From Eledone cirrhosa (taxonomy: Eukaryota): a DNA stretch of 64,000 nucleotides. The stretch covers positions 77,686,001 through 77,750,000 of the forward strand of contig OZ024742.1 in the NCBI GenBank assembly GCA_964016885.1, given 5' to 3'. Below, piece by piece: positions 11,873-27,040 of this stretch. How positions within the stretch are numbered: the first letter of the stretch is position 1; each line of letters starts with the position of its first letter. The notes under the pieces were generated by a model that saw only the letters and a program-made list of their open reading frames with translations, did not search any database and had not been told where the DNA came from. The translations under genes and the position numbers were made by a program.

Positions 11873-14746
11873 TTCGTTCGGACAGGAAGCAGAGAACGCA
11901 TGGTGGGGTTGCTCTGTATATTCGTGAAGATGTCACACCAATTGTACTGTTGATACATTCAAACTCAGTCTGTGACACACTGATAGTTCATGTGAAGCAA
12001 CTACAGACAGTAATACGTGTCACATATCGGCCGCCCGATACCCCCAGTCATGAGGGTAAATTTGAGGATAGACTAAGTAGGATAGAAGAGGTCCTTGACA
12101 AACTGGACCAGGGTCTCAACATTCTACTGCTGGGAGACTTCAACCTACCAAAGGTCAAATGGCCTGAGGGCCACCTCCTCCCTGGAATGACGACAATAGA
12201 ACAGAGACAGACGGAATCCCTGCTGGCTCTCACACACAGGCTGTTCATGGAGCAAGCGATACTCCTCCTAACAAGAGGCGAAAATATCCTGGACCTCTCT
12301 TTTACAAACAACGAAGTGCTCATCCACAATGTAAAGGTGACACCAACAATTCTCTCGGATCATAACTTAGTAGAGATAATGATATGTGGTCCAAGAGAAC
12401 CAACAGAGACAAAACCACCAAGAAGCTCCGGGACGTTATCCAGCCTTAACTTCTACAAGGCTAACTGGAAAAGGATTAAGAGAGAAATCCGGAAGCAAAC
12501 ATGGAGTGAAAACACCGCCACACAAGACTCTAACACACAATTTCAACACTTCATGACAACGATACACACTACATGCAAAATGTTTGTCTCTGAGAAAAAG
12601 GCAAACAGACACAAAAATCTTATTCCCAGAGATAGGAAAATCCTTATGAGACGTAGAGCCAAACTCTCAAACCAGTTGAATAGTCAACAAAACAAAAAGA
12701 AGAAGGAATCCTATTTGAAATGTGAACTTCTTGGCTCCGAGATTGCACTCAAGCTTTTCCTATGAGAATTAGAGGGCAAAGAAAGAGAACAGGGCCATAG
12801 AAAACATTAAAACAAACCCTAAGGCCTTCTTTAAATTTGCAAAAGAAACTGCCTCAGTACACTGCAAGATTGGGCCACTCTTCCATACGGAAGGTTCATT
12901 AACCGAAAACCCCCAAGTGATATGTGAAATACTGAACGAACAGTATAAAAGTGTCTTCACATGTCCACTGAGGCACATGCAAATAACGAAGCCAGAGAGT
13001 TCTTTGATGCCACAACACTACATGAATAAATGGCAACCATCAACCACATAGACATAACGGAGGAGGATGTAGTGTACGCCATTGATGAAATTAGAACAGA
13101 CTCGGCTGCTGGACCTGATGGATTCCCAGCAGTTCTCTTAAAAATAAGTAAGAGGGCCTTAGCAACTCCACTGAACATGCTCTTCAGAAGCTCCTTGGCT
13201 AGCGGTGTACTACCCAGGGAGCTGAAAGAAGTCACAATATGCCCTATCCATAAAGGAGGTAGCAGAGCGGAGGCCAAAAACTATAGGCCAGTCTACCTGA
13301 CGTCACATATCAGTAAGGTCATGGAGCGAGTCGTCAGAAAGAAGCTGATCACTTTCCTCTAGGAAAGTGACCGCCTGACTAGCACGCAACATGGCTTCCG
13401 CCCAGGATGAAGCTGCCTTACACGGTTGCTACATCACTTCGACTGGGTACTGAAATAACTGCTAGACAGCTCACATGTGGACGTGATATATCTTGACTTT
13501 GCGAAGGGCTTTGACATGGTCGACCACGGAATGATATGTCACAAACTACACGGACTCGGCATAACTGGAAAAGTAGGTGAGTGGCTGCATGACTTCCTAA
13601 AGGACAGAAGCCAGGCCGTCGCAGCAAATGGGGCCCTCTCAAAGGAAACACCAATAACAAGTGGGGTGGCCCAGGGGGCAGTCCTGGGACCACTACTGTT
13701 TTTGGTGGCTCTCTCAGACATGCCCTCTGTAGTACATACAGCACCATCCCTCACTAGCTATGCTGATGACACTAAGGTAGCACAGGAAAACAAAAACCCG
13801 GCTGCCGCTGCCCTTTTACGGCAGGATCTGGATGCCATATACAAATGGGCGGAAGAAAACAACATGCAGTTTAATGCTGGCAAATTCCAAGCCCTACAAT
13901 ACAAACCTCCAAACAAACCTGCAAACTCAAATATAGTAGAACACAACTACACAGGACCAGGAGGGACCGATATCCCCGTGTCAAAATCGATACGAGAGCT
14001 GGGCATAGACATGAGCGATGATGCATCTTTTTCTTCACACATCATGAAAGTGGCGACAATGTGCAGACGACTCGCTGGCTGGACCTTGAGGACTATCCAG
14101 ACAAGAGACCGAGACACCATGTTGACACTATGAAGGACATTTTTCCTAGGCCGCTTGGACTACTGCTCCCAGTTGTGGTCACCCCATAGTGTTAAACTAA
14201 CCACGGAGCTTGAGGCAATCCAGCGAAGCTACACCAAGAGGATTGCCACAATGAAGGAGACAAGATACTGGGAGAGGCTAAAGGAACAGTACCTCTACTC
14301 CTTGGAACGAAGACGGGAGAGTACGCAGTGATCTACATGTCGAAAATCCTGGAGGGACTAGCACCAAACTTTGGCATTGGGAGCTGGACCAACCGTCGAA
14401 CAGGACATCACTGTGTGGTCCCAAAGGTCCCGTCTTCCACATCTAGAATAAGGAGCAGGTATTGCAATAGCCTGGGATACAACTCTTCAACAAGCTGCCG
14501 AGGGATATGAGAGATTTGCATGACGTGGAGGTGTATGTCTTCAAGAAACATCTCGACACCTTGTTATCCAGAATCCCGGATGAACCCACAGCAAGGCACG
14601 AGGGAAACCTACGGGCAGCAGCAAGAAACTCCCTCTTACACCAGTGGCCAACCTATACATGCTGGAGATAAAATGTGTAGCAACAAGGGCGTTGCCCCAG
14701 CATGGCCTCAGCCGGATGGCTGACACAGGTAAAAGAGTAAAAGAGT
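11873..14746 (+). mobile_element. 5'-truncated CR1-group LINE (APE endonuclease + RT), disrupted by stops and frameshifts
   Basis: APE motifs GGVALYIRE, YRPP, LLGDFNLP, RGENILDL, SDHNLV. RT motifs AAGPDG, NYRPVYLTSH, DVIYLDFAKGFDMVDH, SGVAQGAVLGPLLF, SYADDTK. The 3' end has a short tandem repeat, (GTAAAAGA)2. Confidence 0.9.
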
Positions 14747-14780
14747 ATATATATATAATTTATATGTATATGAATATATA

Positions 14781-14827
<47 letters not shown>

Positions 14828-14830
14828 ATT

Positions 14831-14884
<54 letters not shown>

Positions 14885-15188
14885 ATTTATATATATATAT
14901 AAAATTGATTTATATATATATATAATTTATATTTATATATATATAATTTATTTATATATATATATATGTATATATGTATATATATATATAATTTATATAT
15001 ATATATAAATAAATTATATATTTATTATATAAATAAATTATATATATATATAAATTATATATATATATATATGAATTATATATATCTATATATATACATA
15101 TATAAAATATATATATATATATACATATATTATATATATATATATATATATAAATTATTTATATATATATATATATATATAAATAAAT

Positions 15189-15238
<50 letters not shown>

Positions 15239-15390
15239 TATTTATATATATATATAAATAGATTATATATATATATAAATAGATTATATATATATATAAA
15301 TAGATTATATATATATATATAAATAAATTATATATATATATATAAATAAATTATATATATATATATAAATAAATTATATATATATACATA

Positions 15391-15467
<77 letters not shown>

Positions 15468-15563
15468 ATTTATATATATATATATATATATACATATAAT
15501 TTATATTTATGCATATATATAATTGATTTATATATATAAATATATAATTTACATATATATATA

Positions 15564-15607
<44 letters not shown>

Positions 15608-15717
15608 TATATATATATATATATAAATTATATATATATATATAAATAAATTATATATATATATACATATATATAAATTATATATATAAAATAATATATA
15701 TATATAATATATATATA

Positions 15718-16640
<923 letters not shown>

Positions 16641-16777
16641 ATATATAAATATTATATATATATATATTATATTATATATATAAGTTATATATATGTATAT
16701 ATATATATAATTTATTTATATATATATATATATATAATTTATATATATATATATATAATTTATATATATTTATATAT

Positions 16778-16822
<45 letters not shown>

Positions 16823-16954
16823 TAAATTATATATATATATATGTAAATTATATATTTATATATATAAATCAATTATATATATGTATAAATATAAATTATA
16901 TGTATATATATATCTATATATATCTATATAAAAATTATATATATATACATATAT

Positions 16955-16988
<34 letters not shown>

Positions 16989-16990
<2 letters not shown>

Positions 16991-17308
16991 TTTTAATATA
17001 GATGAGATTCTACAGGACTAGAACTGTTTCATTCATTAGAAATCATCAGGAATCTGGGTATCAAAAAATAAATATGGTATTTATAGGTCTCTACAAGTGG
17101 TAGGAGAGGGTGGGGAGTGGGATGGGTGCAGGTCATTGGTTGATAGAAAATATATATATATATTTTTTGATACCCAGATTCCTGATGATTTCTAATGAAT
17201 GAAACAGTTCTAGTCCTGTAGAATCTCATCTATATTAAAACTGTTATACTCTGCTATGTATTGAGTACCTTACTTACTGTGGTTACCTCCGATTCAACCC
17301 GGAATAAC

Positions 17309-17310
<2 letters not shown>
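16989..17310. mobile_element. Short PLE-derived element with inverted HHR-containing arms (16989-17070 / 17161-17242)
   Basis: About 80-bp near-perfect inverted repeat, each arm holding a full HHR, flanked by (TA)n. Confidence 0.8.
17176..17226 (+). ncRNA. Type I hammerhead ribozyme (inverted twin at 17005-17055, -)
   Basis: AGAUUC-CUGAUGA-u UUC uaau GAA u-GAA-ACAG uucuaguc CUGU-A/GAAUCU. Stem I has 6 bp, stem III has 4 bp, and the site is GUA. Confidence 0.88.
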
Positions 17311-17360
<50 letters not shown>

Positions 17361-17444
17361 TATATATACATATATTTAAATTATATATATATAAATATAA
17401 ATTATATATTTATATATATAAATCAATTATATATATGTATAAAT

Positions 17445-17535
<91 letters not shown>

Positions 17536-17804
17536 TATATATACATATATTTAAATTATATATATATAAATATAAATTATATATTTATATATATAAATCA
17601 ATTATATATATGTATAAATATAAATTATATATATATATATATATAGAAAAATAAATTATATATATATATACATATAAATTATATACATATATATAAACAA
17701 ATTATATATAAAATATATAAATTATACATATATATATAAATAAATTATATATATATATATTTAAATATTAATATATTAAATATATATATACATATATATA
17801 AAAT

Positions 17805-17836
<32 letters not shown>

Positions 17837-18038
17837 AATTATATATATATATATTAATTATATACAAATATATATATATATATAATTTATATATATATAT
17901 ATATAATTTATATATATGTATATATATATATATATCATTTATATATATATATCCTTTATATATATATATATAATTTACATATATATAAATTATATATATA
18001 TATATATAGTTATGTAATAAACAACATAAGGCAATTAT

Positions 18039-18096
18039 TCCAATTACCAGTGGTTTCTTAAAAGCAAAAAATGTTGCTTTCAATCATCAGAATGAA
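18039..18096 (-). ncRNA. Hammerhead ribozyme in the 3' pseudo-LTR (one stem I mismatch)
   Basis: Homologous to 22290-22347. The core CUGAUGA/GAAA/GUA is intact. Confidence 0.8.
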
Positions 18097-18207
18097 AAAA
18101 TCCTGGTGTATTAATTGATATTGGATTCTAAAACCAAAAATGCTATCTATATGAAAGTGAAGCTGGAGAAGGAAGAAGGAAAGGAAAAATAAAATAAAAA
18201 CACACAT

Positions 18208-18272
<65 letters not shown>

Positions 18273-19110
18273 TATATACATACACATATATATATACATA
18301 TACATACACACATACATACACACACACATATACACATATATATGTGTATATATATACATACACACACATATACACATACAAACATATACACATAAATATC
18401 AACATATCCATACATACACATACATATATATACAACCACACACATATATATATACATATATATATATAGAAATATAAATTTATATATATATATATGCATA
18501 CACATACACATACATAGCCATACGCACATACATATACATACATACATACATACACACAATCATACGTATATACACACGTACATACATACACATACATACA
18601 CACATATATACATGCATACATAGGCATGCACAAAAATAGAAAAATATACACACACCTCTACATATTCACACACGCAAATAAATATAAGAAAAAATATATA
18701 TAATAATAAAAGACATAAAAAAGAAAATAAAGACTATTATAAAGTTGACAGCGATACAGGCAACAAATAGATGAACAAACACACGTGGTAAGCAATACAC
18801 ACAAATGCACGTACACATACATACGTAAAAACATAAATACATACACACACTCTCACACAAAAATATATATATGCAAATACATAAACACATACATACGCAT
18901 ATACAAATACATACACACACAGACATACATATACACACACACATATAGATACATATATATATATACGCACACATACATACATAGCCATACAATTATACAC
19001 TTACATATACGTACATATCACAAACACGCACAACCAAATACAAACACACATATATATATATGTGTGTAAAACTCATTCTTAGATAATACAGATGAACCTT
19101 ATTTAACTCT

Positions 19111-19170
<60 letters not shown>

Positions 19171-19624
19171 CATACACATACATACATACTAACATACACA
19201 TATATACCTACACCACACATATATACATACACATACGTATGCATACGTACACACACACATATACATATATAACTCAATATATATATATATATATATAAAT
19301 GATAAAGAACATAAATATTATAAAATAAATATTGTATATATAAAAAAATTGGCAATACGACAAATAATAAATAAAAAAATATATATTTAGAAAAGGGTAT
19401 AAATGCCCATAGCAGACCTAGAGCACTCAACAAGTTCCTGGAGCAAAAGATCAATGAAAATAAACATCAAATCACTATATGTAATGATGCACATACATAC
19501 ACCCTTATACATATTTACATATACACACACACACACACATATAAATATATATACATACACACACACACACACAAAAAAAACACCCAACCACAGAAATACA
19601 AACACACATACAATTACGTATATA

Positions 19625-19664
<40 letters not shown>

Positions 19665-19945
19665 TAGGAACATTTCTGACCCTACGGCAGAGCTCAAGCC
19701 TTTTCTGAGGTTATTATATAAAAACACACAAAACCATTATATAAAAAAATTAATATCTAAAAATAAAAAAAATGTTTGGAATGTGAAGGGTAAGGCAAAA
19801 CAATAGGGGTGAAAAGGGGGGGGGGTATGGCATAGGAAAAGGTTTAAATATAAGGCGAGATAAGGGAGAAAGAGAATACAAGAGTACAGAACGTGGATTC
19901 AGCAGGTAAAAAAACCGTAGTGGAAGTAAAGAGCAGAGAAGGAGT

Positions 19946-22075
19946 TCAAGGTGGTTGAGTTATCATAGGAATGTCAATCCAGTTACAGATCAGATGTGAT
20001 TTCAGATGAGGACAACATCTGAAGATCTCGGTCTTTGAGTTCAGGCAAGCAGAAGTGGCTTTCAAGTTTAGCAAAATCCTATATTTTTCTGTGGTACACA
20101 AAGAACAATTCTTTGTGCCCCTTTAGTACTCCCTCGAATGGTCTAAAATAGACCAATCGATAGAGTACGGGATGTTTTTATAATTGAATTCCCACACCTT
20201 ACTTGCGAGGGCCGTTGTTGTTCGTTTATCGGAGTGCTTAAAAGAAGCGACATGTGCATAAAACCTGGTTTTAAACCTGTCCTGGGTCATGCCGACATAT
20301 CGCTCACTCCTGGCTGGCTGGTTGTTGATTAAAGGTGTTACTTTAGCCTCGTAAACAACAGATTTGGTGTTACATTTGCCCTGCAATGGGCATTCATCCG
20401 GCTTCCTGCAACTGCATCCTGGATTCGTTCTCGTATGATTTGAATTAGTGATCTTGGACTTCATAGATGGGCAACAAGAGTAACTAATCTTAACTACATT
20501 CCTATTAAATAACTTATAATATCTATGATTAGGAGGAAAATGTTTATCTAAGAGTTCAAGGAATTTCCTTCCTACATTAGTTTTGACAGTTAGAGAGAAG
20601 GGGGTGTAAACCAAATAATTTTCCTTTTCCTGTTATTGTGGTTAGTTTTAGGGGGGGAGTAGGTAAATAATCAATTTGTTCTGTAAAACCGCTGTTTTTA
20701 AAGGCTTTATTATAATACGGGGCGGTTTTATTAAAAATGTCTATAAACGAAGATAAGGTAGAAATCCTACGGCTAATGTTGGGAATAAGATTATTAAAAA
20801 CTATAGGGGGATGGCAAGTCTCTTTGTGTATATACCTAAGATTTTCATTAGGTTTATCATAAGGTTTAAAAGAGGCGGTAAGTAGATCAAGATTAATATC
20901 AAGAAAGTAAGCATTGGTAAGGTTCGTATCTATAGGGATTTTAAGGTTAAGATTAGCAAAAGTATTGATTAAATCTTTACGGAATTTATCAAGGTTATAG
21001 CCGTAGGTGGTTTGAGAAACTGCCAATCCGTCATCACGGTATAAACCGATATTATGGGAAGGAAATTTCTCTTTGAGGGTGTAGAGAAGGAATAATCCTA
21101 CTAAGTCACAAACATCCGCACTGTCATATGAAACCATTGCAACATCAAAAGAGTTTTCAGGGTTTGACTTTTTAACCCAAATATTTTCATTAGTAAAGAG
21201 TAAAGTTTTTCTAGCATGAAAGATAATGTATTCTTCTAATTTAGAAATATTAATGAAGGGTCTTGCAAACTCTAAGGCATTAGTTAATAAGGAAACAGTA
21301 ATAGAGGGGTAAAAATCAACAATATCAAATTGGGTAAATCTACACTTATTTTTACCTTGTATATTATTAAACCAAGAAATAACAGAGGAAGTATTTAGCC
21401 ACTGTGATAGGTTAGTCTTAGTTCTAATTTGGAGAATTATTTTTCTTAAGATTTTTTACTTGCAAGGCCAACTTCTGATTTAGCCGGGCTAATCAATCTA
21501 CAACTAGGTCGATTAGTAAAGTCTAATTTATGGTCTTTAAGGGTAATATATGCTTTACGCTTAGCTAGGCTTTCAATCCGGTTGTCTATTTTTAAAGAAC
21601 TAGCTAGTTCTTTAGCTTCTTTATTAATAGTATTGTAGGTATTATTATTTATTAATTGATATTTGTTGGTGATACTATTAGTTAAAAGTTGGTTATACAA
21701 AATATTATTAACTTCAAAGAGATTTTTAGTTTTATCAGAAAGAACAAAGGTGTTTGTAGAATTTTAAAAATTAGAACTATCGTTAGACAGTTTTGTTTGA
21801 AAGTTATTATTTAACTTACGAAATTTGATATCACTAATTAAATTAACAAGGTCTAATTCGAAGTTGGCCATGTCTTTAATTCCAGGTGGATATTTACGGG
21901 ATTTTATGTAAAAACAATCATTAGTATCAGCATTGAATAGTCCATCGTAAACCATTGCCTTCCATCTCATTCTTTTAACGACTTGTTCGATTTTATCTAT
22001 AAGCATTTTAGTATAAGTTGTGTTGGAAGGAGTAGGTATATTTTTGATTGAATAATCCAATTCATAAAGGTCCAT
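19946..22075 (-). pseudogene. Naiad-like PLE polyprotein (RT + C-terminal GIY-YIG endonuclease), broken by stops and frameshifts
   Basis: YSIKNIPTPS...KRMRWKA, SDKTKN, YITLKDHK...CRLISPAKSE, FDIVDFYPSI, YRDDGL, FLDINLDL, CSCRKPDECPLQGKC, VVYEAKV...YVGMT...FKTRFYAH, CSLCTTEK...LNSKTEIFRCCPH. Confidence 0.9.
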
Positions 22076-22289
22076 GGTGTATGTTGGTTAAATTCCTGAA
22101 AACCGTAGAGTGCTCAACTAATCGGACTGGAAAGTGCCAATCATATATGTAATATAGAATATGCTTCAATCAATACCGGTTGGAGCTGTATAAATGAAGT
22201 AATTCTGTCGGAAAAGTCCAGGATAAAAGAGTGCTCTATGTAGGTAACAGAGCTTAATAGTTATGTAATAAACAACATAAGGCAATTAT

Positions 22290-22347
22290 TCCATTTACCC
22301 GTGGTTTCTTAAAAGCAAAACATTTTGCTTTCAATCATCAGAATGAA
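22290..22347 (-). ncRNA. Type I hammerhead ribozyme in the 5' pseudo-LTR of the Naiad-like element
   Basis: UUCAUU-CUGAUGA-UUGAAAGCAAAA ug UUUUGCUUUUAA-GAA-ACC acg GGU-A/AAUGGA. Confidence 0.88.
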
Positions 22348-22479
22348 CAAATCCGGGTGCATTTATTGATATTGGATTCTAAAAACAAAAATGTTATCTA
22401 TATGAAAGTGAGGCTGGAGAAGGAAGAAGGAAAGGAAAAATAAAATAAAAACAAACATGCAAGCACACACACACACACA

Positions 22480-22510
<31 letters not shown>

Positions 22511-22577
22511 CCACACACACACACACAAACACAAACACACACACACACACACACACACAATTATATACATACACACG

Positions 22578-22608
<31 letters not shown>

Positions 22609-23213
22609 GCACACATACATACACAAAACATATACACATATATATGTGTATATATATACATACACATACATATACACATACATACATAAATACACACATA
22701 AATATCAACATATCCATACATACACATACATATATACAACCACACACATATATATATACATATATATATAGAAATATAAATTTATATATATATGCATACA
22801 CATACACATACATGGCCATACACACATACATATACATACATACATAGATACATACACACAATCATACTTATATACACACGTACATACATACACATACATA
22901 CACACATATATACATGCATACATATGCATGCACAAAAATAGAAAAATATACACGCAAATAAATATGAGAAAAAATATATATAATAATAAAAGACATAAAA
23001 AAGAAATTAAAGACTATTATAAAGTTGACAGCGATACAGGCAACAAATAAATGAACAAACACACGTGGTAAGCAATACACACAAATGCACGTACACATAC
23101 ATACGTAAACATAAATACATACACACACTCTCACACAAAAATATACATATACAAATACATAAACACATACATACGCATACACAAATACATACACACACAC
23201 ACACATACATATA

Positions 23214-23246
23214 TATAAATATATATATAATTTATATATATATATA

Positions 23247-23281
<35 letters not shown>

Positions 23282-23361
23282 CATATATATGTACATATAT
23301 ATATATAATATATATATATCTATATATATATAATATATGTATATATAATATATATATGTAT

Positions 23362-23404
<43 letters not shown>

Positions 23405-23455
23405 TATATATATATATAATTTATTTATATATATATATATAATATATATATGTAT

Positions 23456-23489
<34 letters not shown>

Positions 23490-23656
23490 ATTTATTTATA
23501 TATATATATAATTTATTTATATATATATATATATATATAATTTATTTATATATATATATATAAATATAATTTATTTATATATATATATATATATAATTTA
23601 TTTATATATATATATAATTTATTCATATATATATATATATATATATAATTTATTTA

Positions 23657-23710
<54 letters not shown>

Positions 23711-24125
23711 ATATATATATATACATATATAGTTTCGCGAGGTCTTTTATATGAAATCGTGTGTCGAGGTTTTTATATGAAATCATGTTTTGTATATGAA
23801 ATAGATAAATAAATAAATAAATACATACACAAGCACAATAACAACAAACACATATAAAGACACACTAGTAAAGATACAATACATTAACCAATACACAATC
23901 ACCCAATCACGAACACACATCAAACAAAACACTATACACACACGCAACGCAAGCGCAAATATATATATAATTTATTTATATATATATATATAATTTATTT
24001 ATTTATATATATATATTATTTATTTATATATATATATATATATAATTTATATATATGTAAATATATATATAATTTATTTATATATATATATATATATAAT
24101 TTATATATATATCTCTCTATATATA

Positions 24126-24163
<38 letters not shown>

Positions 24164-24612
24164 TTTATATGTATATATATATATATATATATAATTTATA
24201 AGTATATATATATATAATTTATTTATATATATATATATATAATTTATATATATATATATAATTTATATGTATATATATATATAATTTATATGTATATATA
24301 TATATATATCATTTATTTATATATATAAATATAAATATATATATATATAATTTATATATATATATATATATAATTTATATTTATATATATATATAATTTA
24401 TTTATATATATATTTATATATATGTATATATATATATATATATATAATTTATATATATATATATATATATTTAATTTATATATATATATATATATAAATA
24501 TATATATAATATATATATATGCATATATATATAATATATATATATATAATTTATATGTATATATATATAATTTATATATATATATATTTATATATATATA
24601 ATATATATATGT

Positions 24613-24658
<46 letters not shown>

Positions 24659-25136
24659 ATGTATATATATATATATAATTTATTTATATATATATGTATA
24701 TATATATATAATTTATTTATATATATGTATATATATAAATAATTTATTTATATATATATATATAATTTATATGTATATATAAATATAATTTATTTATATA
24801 TATATGTATATATATAAATAATTTATTTATATATATATATATATAATTATATATATATGTATATATATATATAATTTATTCATATATATATATATATATA
24901 TTTATATAATTTATTTTATATGTTTATATATATAATTTATTTATATATATATATATTTATGTAATTTATATATATGTATATATATATATATAATTTATTT
25001 ATATATATATATATATAATTTATATAAAAGTATATATATACATTATTTATATATATATATATATAATTTATATATATGTATATATATACATAATTTATTT
25101 ATATATATATATAATTTATATGTATATATATATATA

Positions 25137-25187
<51 letters not shown>

Positions 25188-25296
25188 TATATATATATAT
25201 ATATATAAATGATATGTATTTATACATATAATATAATTATATATATATATATATATGTATATATTTATATATATATATAATTTATATATATATATA

Positions 25297-25333
<37 letters not shown>

Positions 25334-25521
25334 AAATATATATATATATATATAATTTATATATAGTTACATAATTTTTATATATATATATATATAAGTT
25401 ATATATATATATATATATATATATATCATCTATATATATATAACCTTTATATATATATATATAAATTATATATATATACATAATTTATATATATATATAA
25501 TTTATATATATGTATATATAT
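23214..25521. repeat. Interrupted (TA)n array (TAATTTA polarity) with an embedded dispersed-repeat fragment at 23711-23958
   Basis: Direct reading. The fragment matches 38418-38453 directly and 38800-38960 in reverse complement. Confidence 0.85.
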
Positions 25522-26830
25522 AATCTCTGTTTATGTGAAAAATTTACCATTATATCTAACTTAGATTCTATAATACATAGACGCACTGATTTGTTTTCTC
25601 TCTGCTTGCATAAATTCCACAGAACATTCCATAAAGTATACAGCTAATATCTAATACTTTATCAATTTAAATCCTTTTCTCAAAGGCACATATATATATA
25701 CATATATATTTCTTTAAAAATACACCCATCTTCCTACCTTATTTCAATGTTATTTATTATACATTATATTTATACTAGTTACTCATTCTATATCACTCCT
25801 ATTTATCACTTCCCTTTCTTTCTTTTTTCCTTTTTTCTTTTCTTTTTTTCTTTTTCTTTTAATTTCTAACCCCTAATCTGTACCTTTTCTTCCTAGATAC
25901 TTCTTAATTATCATTGTGCCTCACGTAGAAACAATTATTACTCAGCACAATATATTCTTACTTTATATCACCTTAAAAAAATCCTTCGTAAACATAAACA
26001 TTTTTTTAACGTTAGTTTATTCATCCTCAATTCATTGTTTTTTCTCCCTTTCATGCTCATCTAACTTATACATATTACACTTATTCATCCACTCTTCTAC
26101 ATCTTTCACAATATATCCTTAATTACATTACTATTTCTATATTTTTATATTTTTTAATAATACATATCAACAATTTCTTTCCATCGCACATATTATTAGA
26201 CCCTTAAATATTATTCTTGATACATATTAACAATTTCTTTTCATCGCACATATAATTAAACTGTTAAATATACAAACCTTGATTTAACATTATTCTAAAT
26301 ATTTCTCTTCGTTAATTTTCAAATTCTTTTAATTTATATATTATCTTCCAACGGTTTTTCAACCTCTCTATGTAAAACAATATATTTTTCTCAGCTATAA
26401 AAGCTATCTTTCTCTCTCTCTATGACCCATCTCTCCTGCTATTTCATCCTTCAGCATCATATTCCTGCCCCTCCACTTTTTACTCTCATCTCCTCCTCTT
26501 TTCCATCCTTTCCACCCCCCCTCTATTTTTTCCTAATATCACACATCAATCTAAAACTACTTTTCATATGTTGATTTAAAACTGCACTATTCACAAGTGT
26601 GTTTTAACCTTCATATCATGTCTCCCTATTTTATCTGACGAAAACGCAAATGTTATTGCATGATGATATTTGTTTTTGAAATGCGCATAATAAAATACAT
26701 GGAACTCTTGTAACCATATTTTGATCTTATATATTATTTATACTCCAGTCCTACAAACTGTAGAGTGCTACTTATCCGAAATCTGCATTGCTTTATTGTA
26801 CTACAATAAAACTCACTTCCTACAAATATA
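25522..26830 (+). mobile_element. 3' fragment of a second Naiad-like PLE (ORF C-terminus 25522-25647, 3' UTR, HHR)
   Basis: NLCLCEKFTIISNLDSIIHRRTDLFSLCLHKF* parallels the CxLCxxEK...LNxRxE...CxH end of the element at 19946-20110. An HHR lies downstream. Confidence 0.7.
26627..26697 (+). ncRNA. Type I hammerhead ribozyme
   Basis: UAUUUUAU-CUGACGA-long stem II-GAAA-UGCGCA-UA/AUAAAAUA. Stem I has 8 bp, stem III is palindromic, and the site is AUA. Confidence 0.82.
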
Positions 26831-26848
26831 TTTATATAGATATATATT

Positions 26849-26915
<67 letters not shown>

Positions 26916-27040
26916 ATTTATATATATATATATTTATATATTTATATATATATGTATATATATATATTTATATATATGTATATATACATATTTATATATA
27001 TGTATATATATATATTTATATATATATATATAAATTTATT

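Larger units (their letters stand above)
18006..23213 (-). mobile_element. Nearly full-length Penelope-like element, Naiad-like, with direct pseudo-LTRs (22257-23213 and 18006-18933)
   Basis: About 930-bp direct repeats of GT-rich sequence plus an HHR flank an RT + GIY-YIG reading frame. Confidence 0.88.

Noticed and set aside
19946-20420. Possible selenocysteine recoding, as reported for some Naiad elements
   Set aside because: The conserved Cys codons in the GIY-YIG region read TGT/TGC, the in-frame stop at 20123 is TAA, and I saw no SECIS.
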